This document shows positions 1 through 9,116 of a stretch of DNA of 64,000 bases, in pieces. Every line of letters starts with the position of its first letter. Within the stretch, counting starts at the first letter, position 1. Under the pieces are notes generated by a model that saw only the letters and a list, made by a program, of their open reading frames with translations, had not been told where the DNA came from and ran no database searches. The DNA comes from Eubacteriales bacterium. GTDB lineage: Bacteria; Bacillota; Clostridia; Oscillospirales; CAG-272. The position numbers were made by a program, and so were the translations under genes. The stretch covers positions 64,222 to 128,221 of the forward strand of contig JAZOVF010000031.1 of assembly GCA_045658565.1 (NCBI GenBank), in the 5' to 3' direction.

Positions 1-69
1 TTATAAAGAATTAACAAAATAAACACAGAATTTTCTACTTTATTTTTATATTAAAATCTTTTGCCAGCC

Positions 70-98
70 TTGAATTATATGTTTTTCTATGGTACAAT
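70..98 (+). promoter_or_regulatory. putative sigma-A-type promoter TTGAAT-17nt-TACAAT
   Basis: The -35 box is at 70-75 and the -10 box at 93-98, with a 17-nt spacer. It overlaps ATG89 of the tracked ORF, which argues for the downstream start at 149. Confidence 0.5.
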
Positions 99-148
99 GT
101 AGTTATAGTTTTTTAAATATACAGGTTTTATATAAAAGGGGTGATAAA

Positions 149-1636
149 ATGTTTTCTATGGGGTTTGATAACGACAAATATCTGAAGCTCCAGTCACAGA
201 AGATAAAGGAAAGAATATCGCTTTTTGGCGAAAGACTTTATCTTGAATTCGGGGGTAAGCTTTTTGACGATTTTCACGCTTCACGTGTGCTTCCGGGCTT
301 TGCTCCGGACAGTAAGATAAAAATGCTTATCGAGCTTAAGGATGAGGCGGAGATAATTATCTCCATAAATTCTGCCGATATAGAAAAAAATAAGGTTAGA
401 GGAGATCTTGGAATTACCTATGACCTTGATGTTTTGCGCCTTATTGATGCCTTTCGCGGATACGGTCTTTACGTCGGAAGTGTGGTAATGACAAGATACA
501 GGTCTACCCCTACTGCCGATGCCTTTAAACAAAAGCTTGAAAAGCTTGGAATCAAGGTATATAAGCATTACGCGATAGACGGTTATCCTCATAACATACC
601 TTTTATTCTTTCGGAGGAAGGCTTTGGCAAAAACGAGTATGCAGAAGCAACACGCTCGGTTGTTGTGGTAACGGCACCCGGCCCCGGTTCGGGTAAAATG
701 GCTACCTGCCTTTCTCAGATATACCACGAGAGCAAAATGGGAAGAAAGTCGGGCTATGCTAAATTTGAGACATTCCCCGTGTGGAATATTCCCTTAAATC
801 ACCCGGTTAACCTTGCATACGAGGCAGCGACAGCAGACCTTAACGATGTTAATATGCTTGACCCCTTCCACCTTGAAGCCTATGGCGAAACCGCAGTTAA
901 CTATAACCGCGACGTTGAGGTATTCCCGGTGCTCAGAGCTATGCTGGAGGGAATTCTCGGTGAGTGTCCCTACAAGTCGCCCACAGATATGGGTGTAAAT
1001 ATGGCAGGCTTCTGCATCTATGACGATAAGGCTGTTTGCGATGCGGCAAAGCAGGAGATTGTAAGGAGACATTATAATGCCCTCTGCAATATGAGGAAGG
1101 GCAACGGCAATGAGGTTGAAATACAGAAGATCGAGCTTCTTATGCAAAAGCTTCGTTGCATTCCCGAGCTTGAGCGAAGGTGTGTTCTTCCCGCTCTTAA
1201 CAAGGCTGAGGACACAGGCTCTCCCGCAGTTGCAATAGAGCTTAACGACGGCAGGGTAGTTACGGGAAAAACCTCATCTCTTCTTGGAGCGTCAAGCGCC
1301 GCTCTTCTTAACGCCCTTAAAGCAATAGCAGGTATAGACCCTGAGATTGATGTTATTTCTCCCGAAATTTTAGAGCCTATCCAGAAATTAAAGATAGAAA
1401 ATCTCGGAAACCATAACCCAAGACTACATACAGATGAGGTTTTGATAGCCCTCTCTGTTTCTGCCGTTAATAATCCTAATGCAAAAAAAGCATTTGAGGC
1501 GATTCCTGGACTTAAATATGCCGAGGTGCATTCCACGGTTATTCTATCGCAGGTAGATGCTTCCACGTTCAGAAAGCTGGGTGTAAACCTTTCCTGCGAG
1601 CCTAAATATCAGACAAAAAAACTGTATCATAATTAA
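149..1636 (+). CDS. DUF1846 / UPF0371 family protein
   Basis: ORF 89..1636 trimmed to ATG149, which has a GGGGTGA Shine-Dalgarno upstream. The ~495-aa sequence ([10 protein letters not shown]..., [15 protein letters not shown]) matches my recollection of the UPF0371 family. TAA stop. Confidence 0.8.
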   Translation: MFSMGFDNDKYLKLQSQKIKERISLFGERLYLEFGGKLFDDFHASRVLPGFAPDSKIKMLIELKDEAEIIISINSADIEKNKVRGDLGITYDLDVLRLIDAFRGYGLYVGSVVMTRYRSTPTADAFKQKLEKLGIKVYKHYAIDGYPHNIPFILSEEGFGKNEYAEATRSVVVVTAPGPGSGKMATCLSQIYHESKMGRKSGYAKFETFPVWNIPLNHPVNLAYEAATADLNDVNMLDPFHLEAYGETAVNYNRDVEVFPVLRAMLEGILGECPYKSPTDMGVNMAGFCIYDDKAVCDAAKQEIVRRHYNALCNMRKGNGNEVEIQKIELLMQKLRCIPELERRCVLPALNKAEDTGSPAVAIELNDGRVVTGKTSSLLGASSAALLNALKAIAGIDPEIDVISPEILEPIQKLKIENLGNHNPRLHTDEVLIALSVSAVNNPNAKKAFEAIPGLKYAEVHSTVILSQVDASTFRKLGVNLSCEPKYQTKKLYHN

Positions 1637-1648
1637 GGAGAACTTGTT

Positions 1649-2464
1649 ATGACGTTTGATAAAAATCATATACTGCTCTTTGTCCTTGTTGCGGCAATAA
1701 TCGCAGTTGTTCTTGCTCAATCGGTGTACTTTCTTGTAAAGTCTGTCCGCAGGGCAAAGAAAATCGGCATGGACAAAAAGCTGATAAACAAAACTATTAA
1801 AACCGCCGCAATCTTTACGATAGCTCCCGCTGTTGCAATAGTAATAACGATAGCAGCTCTGTCCGAGTCCTTAGGACTCGCTCTTCCTTGACTCAGACTG
1901 TCGGTTGTCGGCTCGCTTTCTTACGAGGCTGTTGCCGCTGCAAATGCAGCCAGCGGAATGGGTACAACTCTTGCCGGCCTTGCCGAGAATATCACTGCTT
2001 CTCAGTATGTTACAATAGCACTGGTAATGACCGTTTCGATAATGGTTGGAATCTGGCTTGTTCCCGCGGTTGCAAAGAAGTACCAAAACGGACTTGTTAA
2101 ATTTGAAAACAAGGATAAAAAGTGGTCCGACATTCTCCAAAACTCGCTCTTTATTGGTATGATATCCGCATTTGTCGGTTATGTGTTCTGTGATGTAAAC
2201 CGCCTCTGGAGCGAGGGCGCAAGATTTGTAACCTCGACAGATAGTATGACAGGCGAAAAGCAGGTGACCGAGTATACATCAACCTCCGGTCTTGTACCTG
2301 TCTTTGTTATGCTTGTAAGTGCTGTACTAATGTGTCTTTGCGGTATTCTTATCAATAAGCTCAAGTGGAAGTGGCTTAATGACTATGCTTTGCCTATTTG
2401 TATGGTTGTTGGTATGGTATCAGCAATTCCGCTGACAGCCCTCTTTGGAGGTGAAATAAAATGA
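1649..2464 (+). pseudogene. DUF5058-like multi-TM protein interrupted by one in-frame TGA (1889-1891)
   Basis: ORFs 1649..1891 and 1958..2464 are in the same frame. The 66 nt between them are open and read ...LGLALP-TGA-LRLSVVGSLSYEAVAAANA..., so a single stop splits a 271-codon frame. Confidence 0.65.
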
Positions 2465-3132
2465 AAAACAAAAAGCAAATGACTTATATGGATACAGTAC
2501 ACCGCGACGGTACTGTATGGAACCTTGTTATAATGGTTCTTCTTATGGCATTCCCCATAGCTGTCGGTATTTTGTTCTCGGCATGGCCCGATTGGGAGGG
2601 ATTTGCTAAAGGAATTGTTGCCACAGCTCCTATGTACTGGGCGGTCGGTATAGTTGAAGTAATAACCTTTATACCTATGCTTGGTGCAGGAGGCTCGTAC
2701 CTCTCCTTTGTTACAGGTAATATCTCAAACCTTAAGCTCCCCTGCGCGATAAACGCTCTCGAAAACGCAAATGTCGACGTAAAGAGCGAGGAGGGCGAAA
2801 TTGTATCAACTATCGCCATTGCCGTTTCTTCAATAGTTACAACGGTAATTATAATTCTCGGTGTAATTTTGTTAGCTCCTCTTAAGCCCTTTATGGAAAG
2901 CGAGACTCTGAAGCCCGCTTTTGACCAGCTTCTCCCTGCGCTCTTCGGCGCGCTTGGCGTTGCTCTTGTTTCCAAGAGCTGGAAGATAGCAATAGCACCT
3001 GTTGCGCTTATGCTTATACTGTTTATCTTTGTTCCAGCGCTTAATGCATCTACTGTTGGAATTATGGTTCCTGTGGGTGTTGTATTTACAATTCTCTTCT
3101 CAAGATTCCTTTATAAAAAGGGAATTCTTTGA
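2461..3132 (+). CDS. hypothetical integral membrane protein
   Basis: 223-aa ORF whose start overlaps the upstream stop (ATGA). It has several long hydrophobic segments. No family recognised. Confidence 0.7.
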   Translation: MKNKKQMTYMDTVHRDGTVWNLVIMVLLMAFPIAVGILFSAWPDWEGFAKGIVATAPMYWAVGIVEVITFIPMLGAGGSYLSFVTGNISNLKLPCAINALENANVDVKSEEGEIVSTIAIAVSSIVTTVIIILGVILLAPLKPFMESETLKPAFDQLLPALFGALGVALVSKSWKIAIAPVALMLILFIFVPALNASTVGIMVPVGVVFTILFSRFLYKKGIL

Positions 3133-3151
3133 TTGATAGAAAGGAAAAAAT

Positions 3152-4597
3152 ATGCCATTTATAATTGCAGGCAGTCTGGTTGCACTCTTGCTTTTGATCT
3201 TGATTTTGGTGCTTGTCATAAGAACGCTTCTCTTTGTTCCTAAAAAGACCGAGCGAGAAAAGGTTGCCCCGATTTTTGTAAATAGTGAAAAGGCTATAGC
3301 CGACCTTGGCGAAATGATAAAGTGCAAGACGGTATCTGATACCGATAAATCCAATGAGGACGAGTCGGAGTTTGAAAAATTCGAGGCTCTTTTGCCAAAG
3401 CTTTTTCCTAACGTGTATGAAAAATGCGTGTTTGAGAAACCCTCTGACAGATCCCTCTTGTTTAAATGGGAGGGCATAGCTCATGATGCTCCCACGGTTT
3501 TGATGTCACACTATGATGTTGTCAGCGTTGTAGAAGAGGATTGGGAAAAGCCGCCCTTTGATGCCGAACAGGAAAACGGTGTTCTCTGGGGCAGAGGAAC
3601 TCTTGATACAAAAGGCACCTTAAACGGTGTTCTTCAGGCAGCAGAAATACTCATAAGCGAGGGCTTTGTTCCCCAGAATGACATATACTTTGCCTTTGGC
3701 GGTGATGAAGAAATAAACGGCTACGGTGCAAAAACCATAGTAGACCTGTTTGAAAAACGCGGAATAACCCCCGGTCTTGTAGTCGACGAGGGCGGAGCTG
3801 TTGTTGAGAATGTGTTCCCTGGAGTAACATCGCCCTGTGCTCTAATCGGAATTGCCGAAAAGGGTATGGTTAATATCGAGTATTCTGTAAAGGGCGGTGG
3901 CGGCCATGCCTCATCTCCTGCGGTTCATACTCCTGTTGGCAGACTCTCTGCAGCTTGTGTTAAGGTGGAAAACAGTCCGTTCAAGTTTGGTATATCCAAA
4001 CCGGCAAAAGCAATGTTTGACTCGTTGGGAAGAAACTCAACCTTTGTATATCGCTTAATTTTTGCAAATCTTTGGCTCTTTAAGCCTGTTCTTAATATAC
4101 TGACTAAAAAGACAGGCGGTGAGCTTAATGCTCTTGTGCGTACAACAACAGCCTTCACCCAAATGGATGGCTCAAAGGGAATGAATGTTATTCCCCCTTA
4201 TGCAAGAATGGTTTCTAACCACCGTATTAAGGAAGGCGAGACTCCGGAAAGCGTTGCAGAGCGTATAACAAAGATAATTGATGACGAAAAAATAAATGTT
4301 CGTATAATCTCGGGTATGCCACCCTCAAGAATCTCGGATACAGACTGCGAGGCATGGGAACGCGTTAAGCTGACAGTAGGTGAAACCTGGCAGGATGCTA
4401 TAGTGTCTCCATATCTTATGCTTGCATGCTCTGACTCCCGCCATTGGGGCAGAATATCCGACAAGGTGTATAGATTCTCGGCTATGGCTCTTTCAAAAGA
4501 TGAGCGCGGCACAATTCACGGAAATAACGAGAAGATTCCCTTTGCAACCATAACAAAAACCGTTGAATTCTATATCCGACTGATGAAAAAATCTTAA
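3152..4597 (+). CDS. M20-family metallopeptidase (membrane-anchored)
   Basis: 481-aa ORF with an N-terminal hydrophobic anchor and M20-type motifs SHYDVV, WGRGTLDTKG, GGDEE and VDEGG. Confidence 0.8.
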   Translation: MPFIIAGSLVALLLLILILVLVIRTLLFVPKKTEREKVAPIFVNSEKAIADLGEMIKCKTVSDTDKSNEDESEFEKFEALLPKLFPNVYEKCVFEKPSDRSLLFKWEGIAHDAPTVLMSHYDVVSVVEEDWEKPPFDAEQENGVLWGRGTLDTKGTLNGVLQAAEILISEGFVPQNDIYFAFGGDEEINGYGAKTIVDLFEKRGITPGLVVDEGGAVVENVFPGVTSPCALIGIAEKGMVNIEYSVKGGGGHASSPAVHTPVGRLSAACVKVENSPFKFGISKPAKAMFDSLGRNSTFVYRLIFANLWLFKPVLNILTKKTGGELNALVRTTTAFTQMDGSKGMNVIPPYARMVSNHRIKEGETPESVAERITKIIDDEKINVRIISGMPPSRISDTDCEAWERVKLTVGETWQDAIVSPYLMLACSDSRHWGRISDKVYRFSAMALSKDERGTIHGNNEKIPFATITKTVEFYIRLMKKS

Positions 4598-4606
4598 AAT
4601 ATTAAA

Positions 4607-4640
4607 GCTGCCTTAAGCACTTGCTTGAGGCAGCCTTTTT
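4607..4640 (+). terminator. rho-independent terminator
   Basis: Hairpin gctgccttaag / cttgaggcagc (11-bp stem, 1 mismatch) followed by CTTTTT, directly after the peptidase stop. Confidence 0.6.
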
Positions 4641-4641
4641 G

Positions 4642-5130
4642 TTATGTATTAAGAAAGTAAATTGCAATATTTAAGTAACCTGCAAATATAACCCAAAGAG
4701 CATAAGGAATCTGCAAATATGCAGCGATAGGCGATATTCGCCTGTATTCTATAATTGTCTTGATTATAAAGTATAAAAGCAAAACAAGCCACAAAAAGCT
4801 GAGCAGAAATGCATTTGCGTTAAAGAAAATAATGCTCCAAGCAAAGTTTATAACCAGACTTATGGCATAGGTGGTGAGAGCCGAGCGAACTTCTGCAGTG
4901 TCGGTTATGCGTTTGCTATAAATCATAGCCGAGCTGATACCCATGAGTGTATAGAGCACAGTCCATACAATAGGGAACACCAAAGCAGGCGGAGCTATAT
5001 TAGGTACAATCAGCTCCTCGTATATATTCATGTTGTCCTTTGTAAAAAATGTTGATAAAAGCCCAACACCGATAGGAATTGCTATAGCTATAATGTATAT
5101 TCTGATATAAGGTTTAATCTTTTCCCACAT
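4642..5130 (-). CDS. tspO: TspO/MBR family tryptophan-rich sensory protein
   Basis: 162-aa 5-TM ORF with a Trp/Tyr-rich pattern (PIVWTVLYTLMGISS, FAWSIIFF, YALWVIFAGYLN) typical of TspO. Confidence 0.8.
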   Translation of the reverse strand: MWEKIKPYIRIYIIAIAIPIGVGLLSTFFTKDNMNIYEELIVPNIAPPALVFPIVWTVLYTLMGISSAMIYSKRITDTAEVRSALTTYAISLVINFAWSIIFFNANAFLLSFLWLVLLLYFIIKTIIEYRRISPIAAYLQIPYALWVIFAGYLNIAIYFLNT

Positions 5131-5240
5131 TTTTGTTACCTCCGAAAAGTTCCTTTGTAAAATTTATGTGCCTTTTTCGGTGGATATTACAAAAATTCAA
5201 AAAAACAAACCAATGATAAAAATTAAAAACGGAAATGATA

Positions 5241-5270
5241 AAAAAAGAAGCAGAATTTCTTCTGCTTCTT
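5241..5270 (-). terminator. rho-independent terminator downstream of tRNA-Leu
   Basis: Perfect 10-bp hairpin agaagcagaa/ttctgcttct, flanked by an A-run on one side and a T-run on the other, so it could work in both directions. Confidence 0.65.
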
Positions 5271-5274
5271 TTTT

Positions 5275-5358
5275 TGGTGCGGGAAACGGGACTTGAACCC
5301 GTACATCAAAGATACACGCCCCTCAAACGTGCGCGTCTGCCGATTCCGCCACTCCCGC
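5275..5358 (-). tRNA. tRNA-Leu (anticodon GAG)
   Basis: Manual fold of the reverse complement GCGGGAG...CCCGCACCA: 7-bp acceptor stem, anticodon stem cacgt/gcgtg, loop TTGAGGG, long variable arm, T-arm ACGGG-TTCAAGT-CCCGT, A73, encoded CCA. Confidence 0.85.
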
Positions 5359-5476
5359 GAACATTTGATATTATACACTAAAACTTTTCATTTGTCAATA
5401 GGTTTTTGATAAAAAAATCTAATTTTTTTAAAATTAAATAAAATGAATAAAAAAACAACGCATTTTGCAAAAATGA

Positions 5477-5505
5477 TTGACAAATATGTGAAATTCCTTT
5501 ATAAT
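5477..5505 (+). promoter_or_regulatory. consensus promoter TTGACA-17nt-TATAAT for the PqqD cassette
   Basis: Exact -35 box (5477-5482) and -10 box (5500-5505) with a 17-nt spacer, about 40 nt upstream of the GGAGGG SD and ATG5548. Confidence 0.7.
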
Positions 5506-5547
5506 TAGTGTGTATATTTTCGCGCGAAATAATATTATGGAGGGCTT

Positions 5548-6288
5548 ATGACGAGTTTTAATATTAAGCTTGCGGATAAAAATATTTTCATAGAATGTTT
5601 ATATGAATCCACAAAGACTTTTTGCAAAGATTATATTGTGGATGATATTGCCGCAGATATTACCGTCGGTATAACCCCTGCGGATATACAGTATGAACGT
5701 GAGAAATCGGATAAAGAACGTGAGATAGAAGGACTGCCGCCCTTTGCCCCCTCTCCTGCATATCTTGAAACCCTTGCCCTTTATCGTAAGATTGCCGATG
5801 CGATGATAGATTTTGATATAATTCTTTTCCACGGCTCGGCTATCTCTATGGACGGAGAGGCGTATATATTTACCGCTAAGAGCGGAACAGGAAAGTCTAC
5901 CCACACACGTTTGTGGCGAGAAGTCTTTGGCGACAGAGTTGTTATGATAAATGATGACAAGCCGCTTATAAAGATTACAGACTCGGGTGCTATAGTTTAC
6001 GGCACACCCTGGTGCGGAAAGCATAACCTTGGCTCAAATATATCAGCACCTCTTTATGCGATTGTTTCTCTTGAGCGTTCTAAGGTTAACAGGGTAGAGG
6101 AAAGCGATTCAAGAAAAAGCTTCCCTAAGATTTTAAGCCAGACTTACAGAACAAAAAATATTCTCGGGCTTCAAAAGACGCTTGCGCTTACGGACAAGAT
6201 GTTAAAGAGTGTTAAGATTTTTGAGCTTGGTTGTAATATGGACTCCGAGGCGGCAACGGTCGCATATAACGGAATGAAAGGTAAATAA
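5548..6288 (+). CDS. HPr-kinase-like P-loop protein (putative peptide/protein Ser kinase)
   Basis: 246-aa ORF with Walker A TAKSGTGKSTHT followed by ...DDKPLI...GTPWCGKH. It resembles the HprK C-terminal catalytic domain and lasso-peptide kinases. This is recognition only. Confidence 0.55.
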   Translation: MTSFNIKLADKNIFIECLYESTKTFCKDYIVDDIAADITVGITPADIQYEREKSDKEREIEGLPPFAPSPAYLETLALYRKIADAMIDFDIILFHGSAISMDGEAYIFTAKSGTGKSTHTRLWREVFGDRVVMINDDKPLIKITDSGAIVYGTPWCGKHNLGSNISAPLYAIVSLERSKVNRVEESDSRKSFPKILSQTYRTKNILGLQKTLALTDKMLKSVKIFELGCNMDSEAATVAYNGMKGK

Positions 6289-6292
6289 AACA

Positions 6293-6550
6293 ATGAAATT
6301 AAAAAACAACTTTATTACTCACACATCCGGTGACGAGCAGCTTATGATATCTGCAGGCGGTGATTTTAACGGAATGGTAAGAAGCAACAAGACCGCAGCT
6401 TTTATTATTGATATGCTGAAAGAGGAAACCACAAAAGAAAAGATAGTTGCCGCAATGCTTGAGATATATGATGCAGACGAGGCGATTATTTCTGCTGATG
6501 TAGATAAGGTTATCGATTCTCTTCGCAGCATTGGAGCGATAGATGAGTGA
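6293..6550 (+). CDS. PqqD-family protein (stand-alone RiPP recognition element)
   Basis: 85-aa ORF starting 4 nt after the upstream gene. The pattern (...NKTAAFIIDMLKEETTKEKIVAAMLEIYDADEAIISADVDKVIDSLRSIGAI) is typical of PqqD-like peptide chaperones. Confidence 0.7.
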   Translation: MKLKNNFITHTSGDEQLMISAGGDFNGMVRSNKTAAFIIDMLKEETTKEKIVAAMLEIYDADEAIISADVDKVIDSLRSIGAIDE

Positions 6551-7025
6551 TTTTTCCAGCTATGAGGAAGAGCTTTCCCGTCACGGTAAAATAATACATA
6601 CCAACGTAGGCTTCAGTATGATGCCGCTACTTAGGCAGCATAGGGATGTTATGATAATCGAGCGTCCCGAGGGAAGACTGAAAAAATATGACTGCCCCCT
6701 TTATAAGACAAAAAGTGGAAAGTATATTCTCCACCGTATAATCAAGGTGCGTGAGAATGATTATGTTATCTGCGGCGATAACTGCGTAACATTTGAACGT
6801 GGGGTAACCGATAAGCAGATTATAGGCGTTCTTACCGGTGTTATCCGTGACGGCAAAACTATCACAATGGATAACAAGGGGTATAAGCTGTATTATCATC
6901 TTTGGTGTGATTTTATTTATGTAAGAATTGCAATACTCCATATCATTCGCTTTGTAAAACGTATTCTTGCTCTGCCAAAAAGATTTTTCCGATTAGTAAA
7001 AAGACTTGTAGGCAAGAGAGAATAA
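6543..7025 (+). CDS. S24/S26-family (LexA / signal-peptidase-like) serine peptidase
   Basis: 160-aa ORF overlapping the PqqD gene by 8 nt. It has the nucleophile motif GFSMMPLL, an HRIIKV segment and a hydrophobic C-terminal helix. Confidence 0.65.
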   Translation: MSDFSSYEEELSRHGKIIHTNVGFSMMPLLRQHRDVMIIERPEGRLKKYDCPLYKTKSGKYILHRIIKVRENDYVICGDNCVTFERGVTDKQIIGVLTGVIRDGKTITMDNKGYKLYYHLWCDFIYVRIAILHIIRFVKRILALPKRFFRLVKRLVGKRE

Positions 7026-7286
7026 TCCGAACTCGCTCTAAAGTCTGAATTTTCAGCGCTTTCGGCACTTATCGCTCTTGCAAAGTCCGCACTTGGCTGC
7101 GAGCGCCAAGCACCAAAATCATCTTAAAATTAAGGCTTTAGAGTTCTGCGAATTTAAGAGATAGCTGATTTTGCGTAAGACAAGGTGAAAATTCGAGATA
7201 ATATGCGGATATTATGAGGGTTTTTACCGAAGCATTACACGAAATCAGCATCCTTCAAACGGGTTCGGATTGTTCTCTCTTGCCTA
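7009..7286. repeat. 27-bp inverted repeat (7009-7035 / 7260-7286) enclosing a ~225-nt non-coding insert
   Basis: taggcaagagagaataatccgaactcg pairs with cgggttcggattgttctctcttgccta. The only non-Watson-Crick positions are T/G, i.e. G-U on the + strand RNA. The left arm covers the S24 stop codon and the right arm ends just before the next gene's SD. Confidence 0.85.
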
Positions 7287-7297
7287 AAGGGTAAAAA

Positions 7298-8488
7298 ATG
7301 AAAGAACAAAACAAAAATACGGTATATAATGCCTTAATTTACATAATATCCTGCTGTTTAAACGGAAAAAGAGTTGAAAAAGAGCTTTTGTCTCACCTTG
7401 ACCTTGGGAGTATTTATTCCGCCGCATCAAATCATAGCCTTATAGCTATTGTTGCAACAGCTCTTGAGGATGCAGGCATAGTTTCAAAGCGCGCATCTGA
7501 GTTGAAGCTTAACGCTATAAGAAAAAATATGCTTTTTGATTCCGCCCGAGCCGAGATTTGCACAGCTCTTGATAAAAACTGTATTAAATATCTACCTCTT
7601 AAGGGCGTTATAATGAAAGAACTTTATCCTGCGGTTGGCCTCAGGCAAATGTCTGATAATGATATTTTGTTTGACCCGAATTACCGCAGTCAGGTTCGTG
7701 ACATTATGCTCTCTCTCGGTTACGAGAATAAGCATTTTGGTAGAAGCAACCACGATGTATATATGAAGGAGCCTGTTCTCAATTTTGAAATGCATGTTTC
7801 TTTGTTTGACCACCCTGCGTTGCCTCTGTTTAACGACTATTTCTCTGCCGCTTTTGACAGAGCGGTGTCTGACGGAAAAAGCTCATATGGGTTTGCTATG
7901 ACCGACGAGGATTTTTATATATTCATGAAAGCCCATGAGTATAAGCATTATGCAAATTGTGGCACAGGGCTACGCTCTCTTGTTGATGTTTATGTTTATC
8001 TTATGGCAAAGAGGGAAATCCTTAACTTTGATTATATAACCGCAGAATGCAAAAAGCTTGAAATATCCGAGTATGAGAGGGTAACAAGAGAAATTGCTCT
8101 TAATGTCTTTGCCCCTGAGACAGCAAAGGCATTGGTTTTGGCTGACAGAGGTGAGGGAGAATGCCCCGTATCCGATTACGATGCAGGATTCCTTGGGGAC
8201 TATATCAATATTTCCACCTACGGCTCTCACGAAACATATTTAACAAATCTCCTGACGAGGGAAAAGAAAAGCAAAAATTCAACGGGTGCTACAGCGAAGA
8301 TAAGATATATATTAAGTCTTACATTCCCGAAAATGGAATATTATGAGACAGTGCACCCCGGTGTGTCCAAAAAGAAATATCTCATTCCGTTCCTTTGGAT
8401 AAAGCGTTCTATAATTATTTTGGTAAAGAGGCCCGGCAGAACGATGAAAACCGTATGGGAAGTGGCACGTGCCAAGGTGAAAAAATAA
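7298..8488 (+). CDS. nucleotidyltransferase family protein (uncharacterised NTP_transf_5-like)
   Basis: 396-aa ORF with an AAAGGG SD. The sequence (LPLKGVIMKELYP...MSDNDILF...) resembles the uncharacterised nucleotidyltransferase family often found beside PqqD or lasso genes. Confidence 0.55.
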   Translation: MKEQNKNTVYNALIYIISCCLNGKRVEKELLSHLDLGSIYSAASNHSLIAIVATALEDAGIVSKRASELKLNAIRKNMLFDSARAEICTALDKNCIKYLPLKGVIMKELYPAVGLRQMSDNDILFDPNYRSQVRDIMLSLGYENKHFGRSNHDVYMKEPVLNFEMHVSLFDHPALPLFNDYFSAAFDRAVSDGKSSYGFAMTDEDFYIFMKAHEYKHYANCGTGLRSLVDVYVYLMAKREILNFDYITAECKKLEISEYERVTREIALNVFAPETAKALVLADRGEGECPVSDYDAGFLGDYINISTYGSHETYLTNLLTREKKSKNSTGATAKIRYILSLTFPKMEYYETVHPGVSKKKYLIPFLWIKRSIIILVKRPGRTMKTVWEVARAKVKK

Positions 8489-8500
8489 AGGATAACTATT

Positions 8501-9115
8501 ATGCTTGACTACACAAGAGCAGCAATTTCAAAAACAATTTCTGATATAAAAACTATTGTATTTGTCTCAACCCTTTTGGTTTACATATCGGGTATTATAA
8601 TACCTGTTTATAATCTTCTGTTTTTAAAAGAACCTTTGGTTCTTCATATTGTTTCTCTATGCCTGTCTGTTGCGGTTCTTGTTTTGTATTTGGTTTACAG
8701 AGATACAGACGACAAAAAGGAAAAAAAGAAGCTTAAGGTTAAGCGCAAACAAGTAAAAAAGGCAAACAAAAAGATTAGGTTAGTTTGCCGTGCATATACA
8801 GTTTTGTGCACGGGCTATGCCGTGTTTGCCCTCGGTGAGGAGATTTCCGCATTTTCAATGCTGATTACTTTGTTTGCCATTATCACTCTTATAATAAGCG
8901 TTATTTTTGAGCTTGTTAAGTGGGTAATATCAAGAAGAGCACATATGATTTATAACGCATTCAGAGAGGATTTAGCACCCTTTAATCCTGTAAACAGTGT
9001 AGGAAATATAATTAAGAGAGTAAAAGGCGAGCCTGTCATCAAGCACTCTTATCTTTCGGATAATGATAGGGAAATTCTCGATGATTATATAGATGAGAGA
9101 TATTCAACAAAATAG
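8501..9115 (+). CDS. hypothetical 4-TM membrane protein with Lys-rich loop
   Basis: 204-aa ORF starting 12 nt after the NTase gene. It has two pairs of hydrophobic helices separated by KKEKKKLKVKRKQVKKANKK. No family recognised. Confidence 0.6.
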   Translation: MLDYTRAAISKTISDIKTIVFVSTLLVYISGIIIPVYNLLFLKEPLVLHIVSLCLSVAVLVLYLVYRDTDDKKEKKKLKVKRKQVKKANKKIRLVCRAYTVLCTGYAVFALGEEISAFSMLITLFAIITLIISVIFELVKWVISRRAHMIYNAFREDLAPFNPVNSVGNIIKRVKGEPVIKHSYLSDNDREILDDYIDERYSTK

Positions 9116-9116
9116 T

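Noticed and set aside
89-148. N-terminal extensions from the ORF track (ATG89, ATG41860, TTG46747, TTG17177, ATG39338, ATG24304, ATG50441, ATG10331, ATG35731).
   Set aside because: In each case the upstream start lies inside a predicted promoter or the preceding gene, or lacks an SD. An internal start has a good SD and yields the family-typical N-terminus.
281-1566. Antisense and out-of-frame ORFs of 60-237 aa nested within confidently assigned genes throughout the track (for example 281..727, 1072..1566, 21827..22381, 26735..27448, 44289..44891, 55766..56383).
   Set aside because: They lie fully inside genes with strong family motifs on the other strand or frame, lack SDs and have skewed composition. 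I treated them as non-coding.
1889-1891. The in-frame TGA as selenocysteine, or as evidence for genetic code 4/25.
   Set aside because: Neighbouring genes use TGA as a true stop, with the next gene's start overlapping it. No SECIS-like hairpin starts within ~10-20 nt downstream, and the expected residue is Trp rather than Cys.
5443-5508. A 21-aa sORF (MNKKTTHFAKMIDKYVKFLYN) upstream of the PqqD cassette, considered as a possible precursor.
   Set aside because: It overlaps the -35 and -10 boxes of the consensus promoter, so it would lie upstream of the transcription start. It has no SD.
7026-7127. A 33-codon open frame directly continuing the S24 peptidase frame after its TAA (SELALKSEFSALSALIALAKSALGCERQAPKSS, ending Ser-Ser). 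It is tempting as a kinase substrate or precursor.
   Set aside because: It contains no ATG, GTG or TTG start codon, so expression would require TAA readthrough, for which there is no evidence. Kept only as a note.
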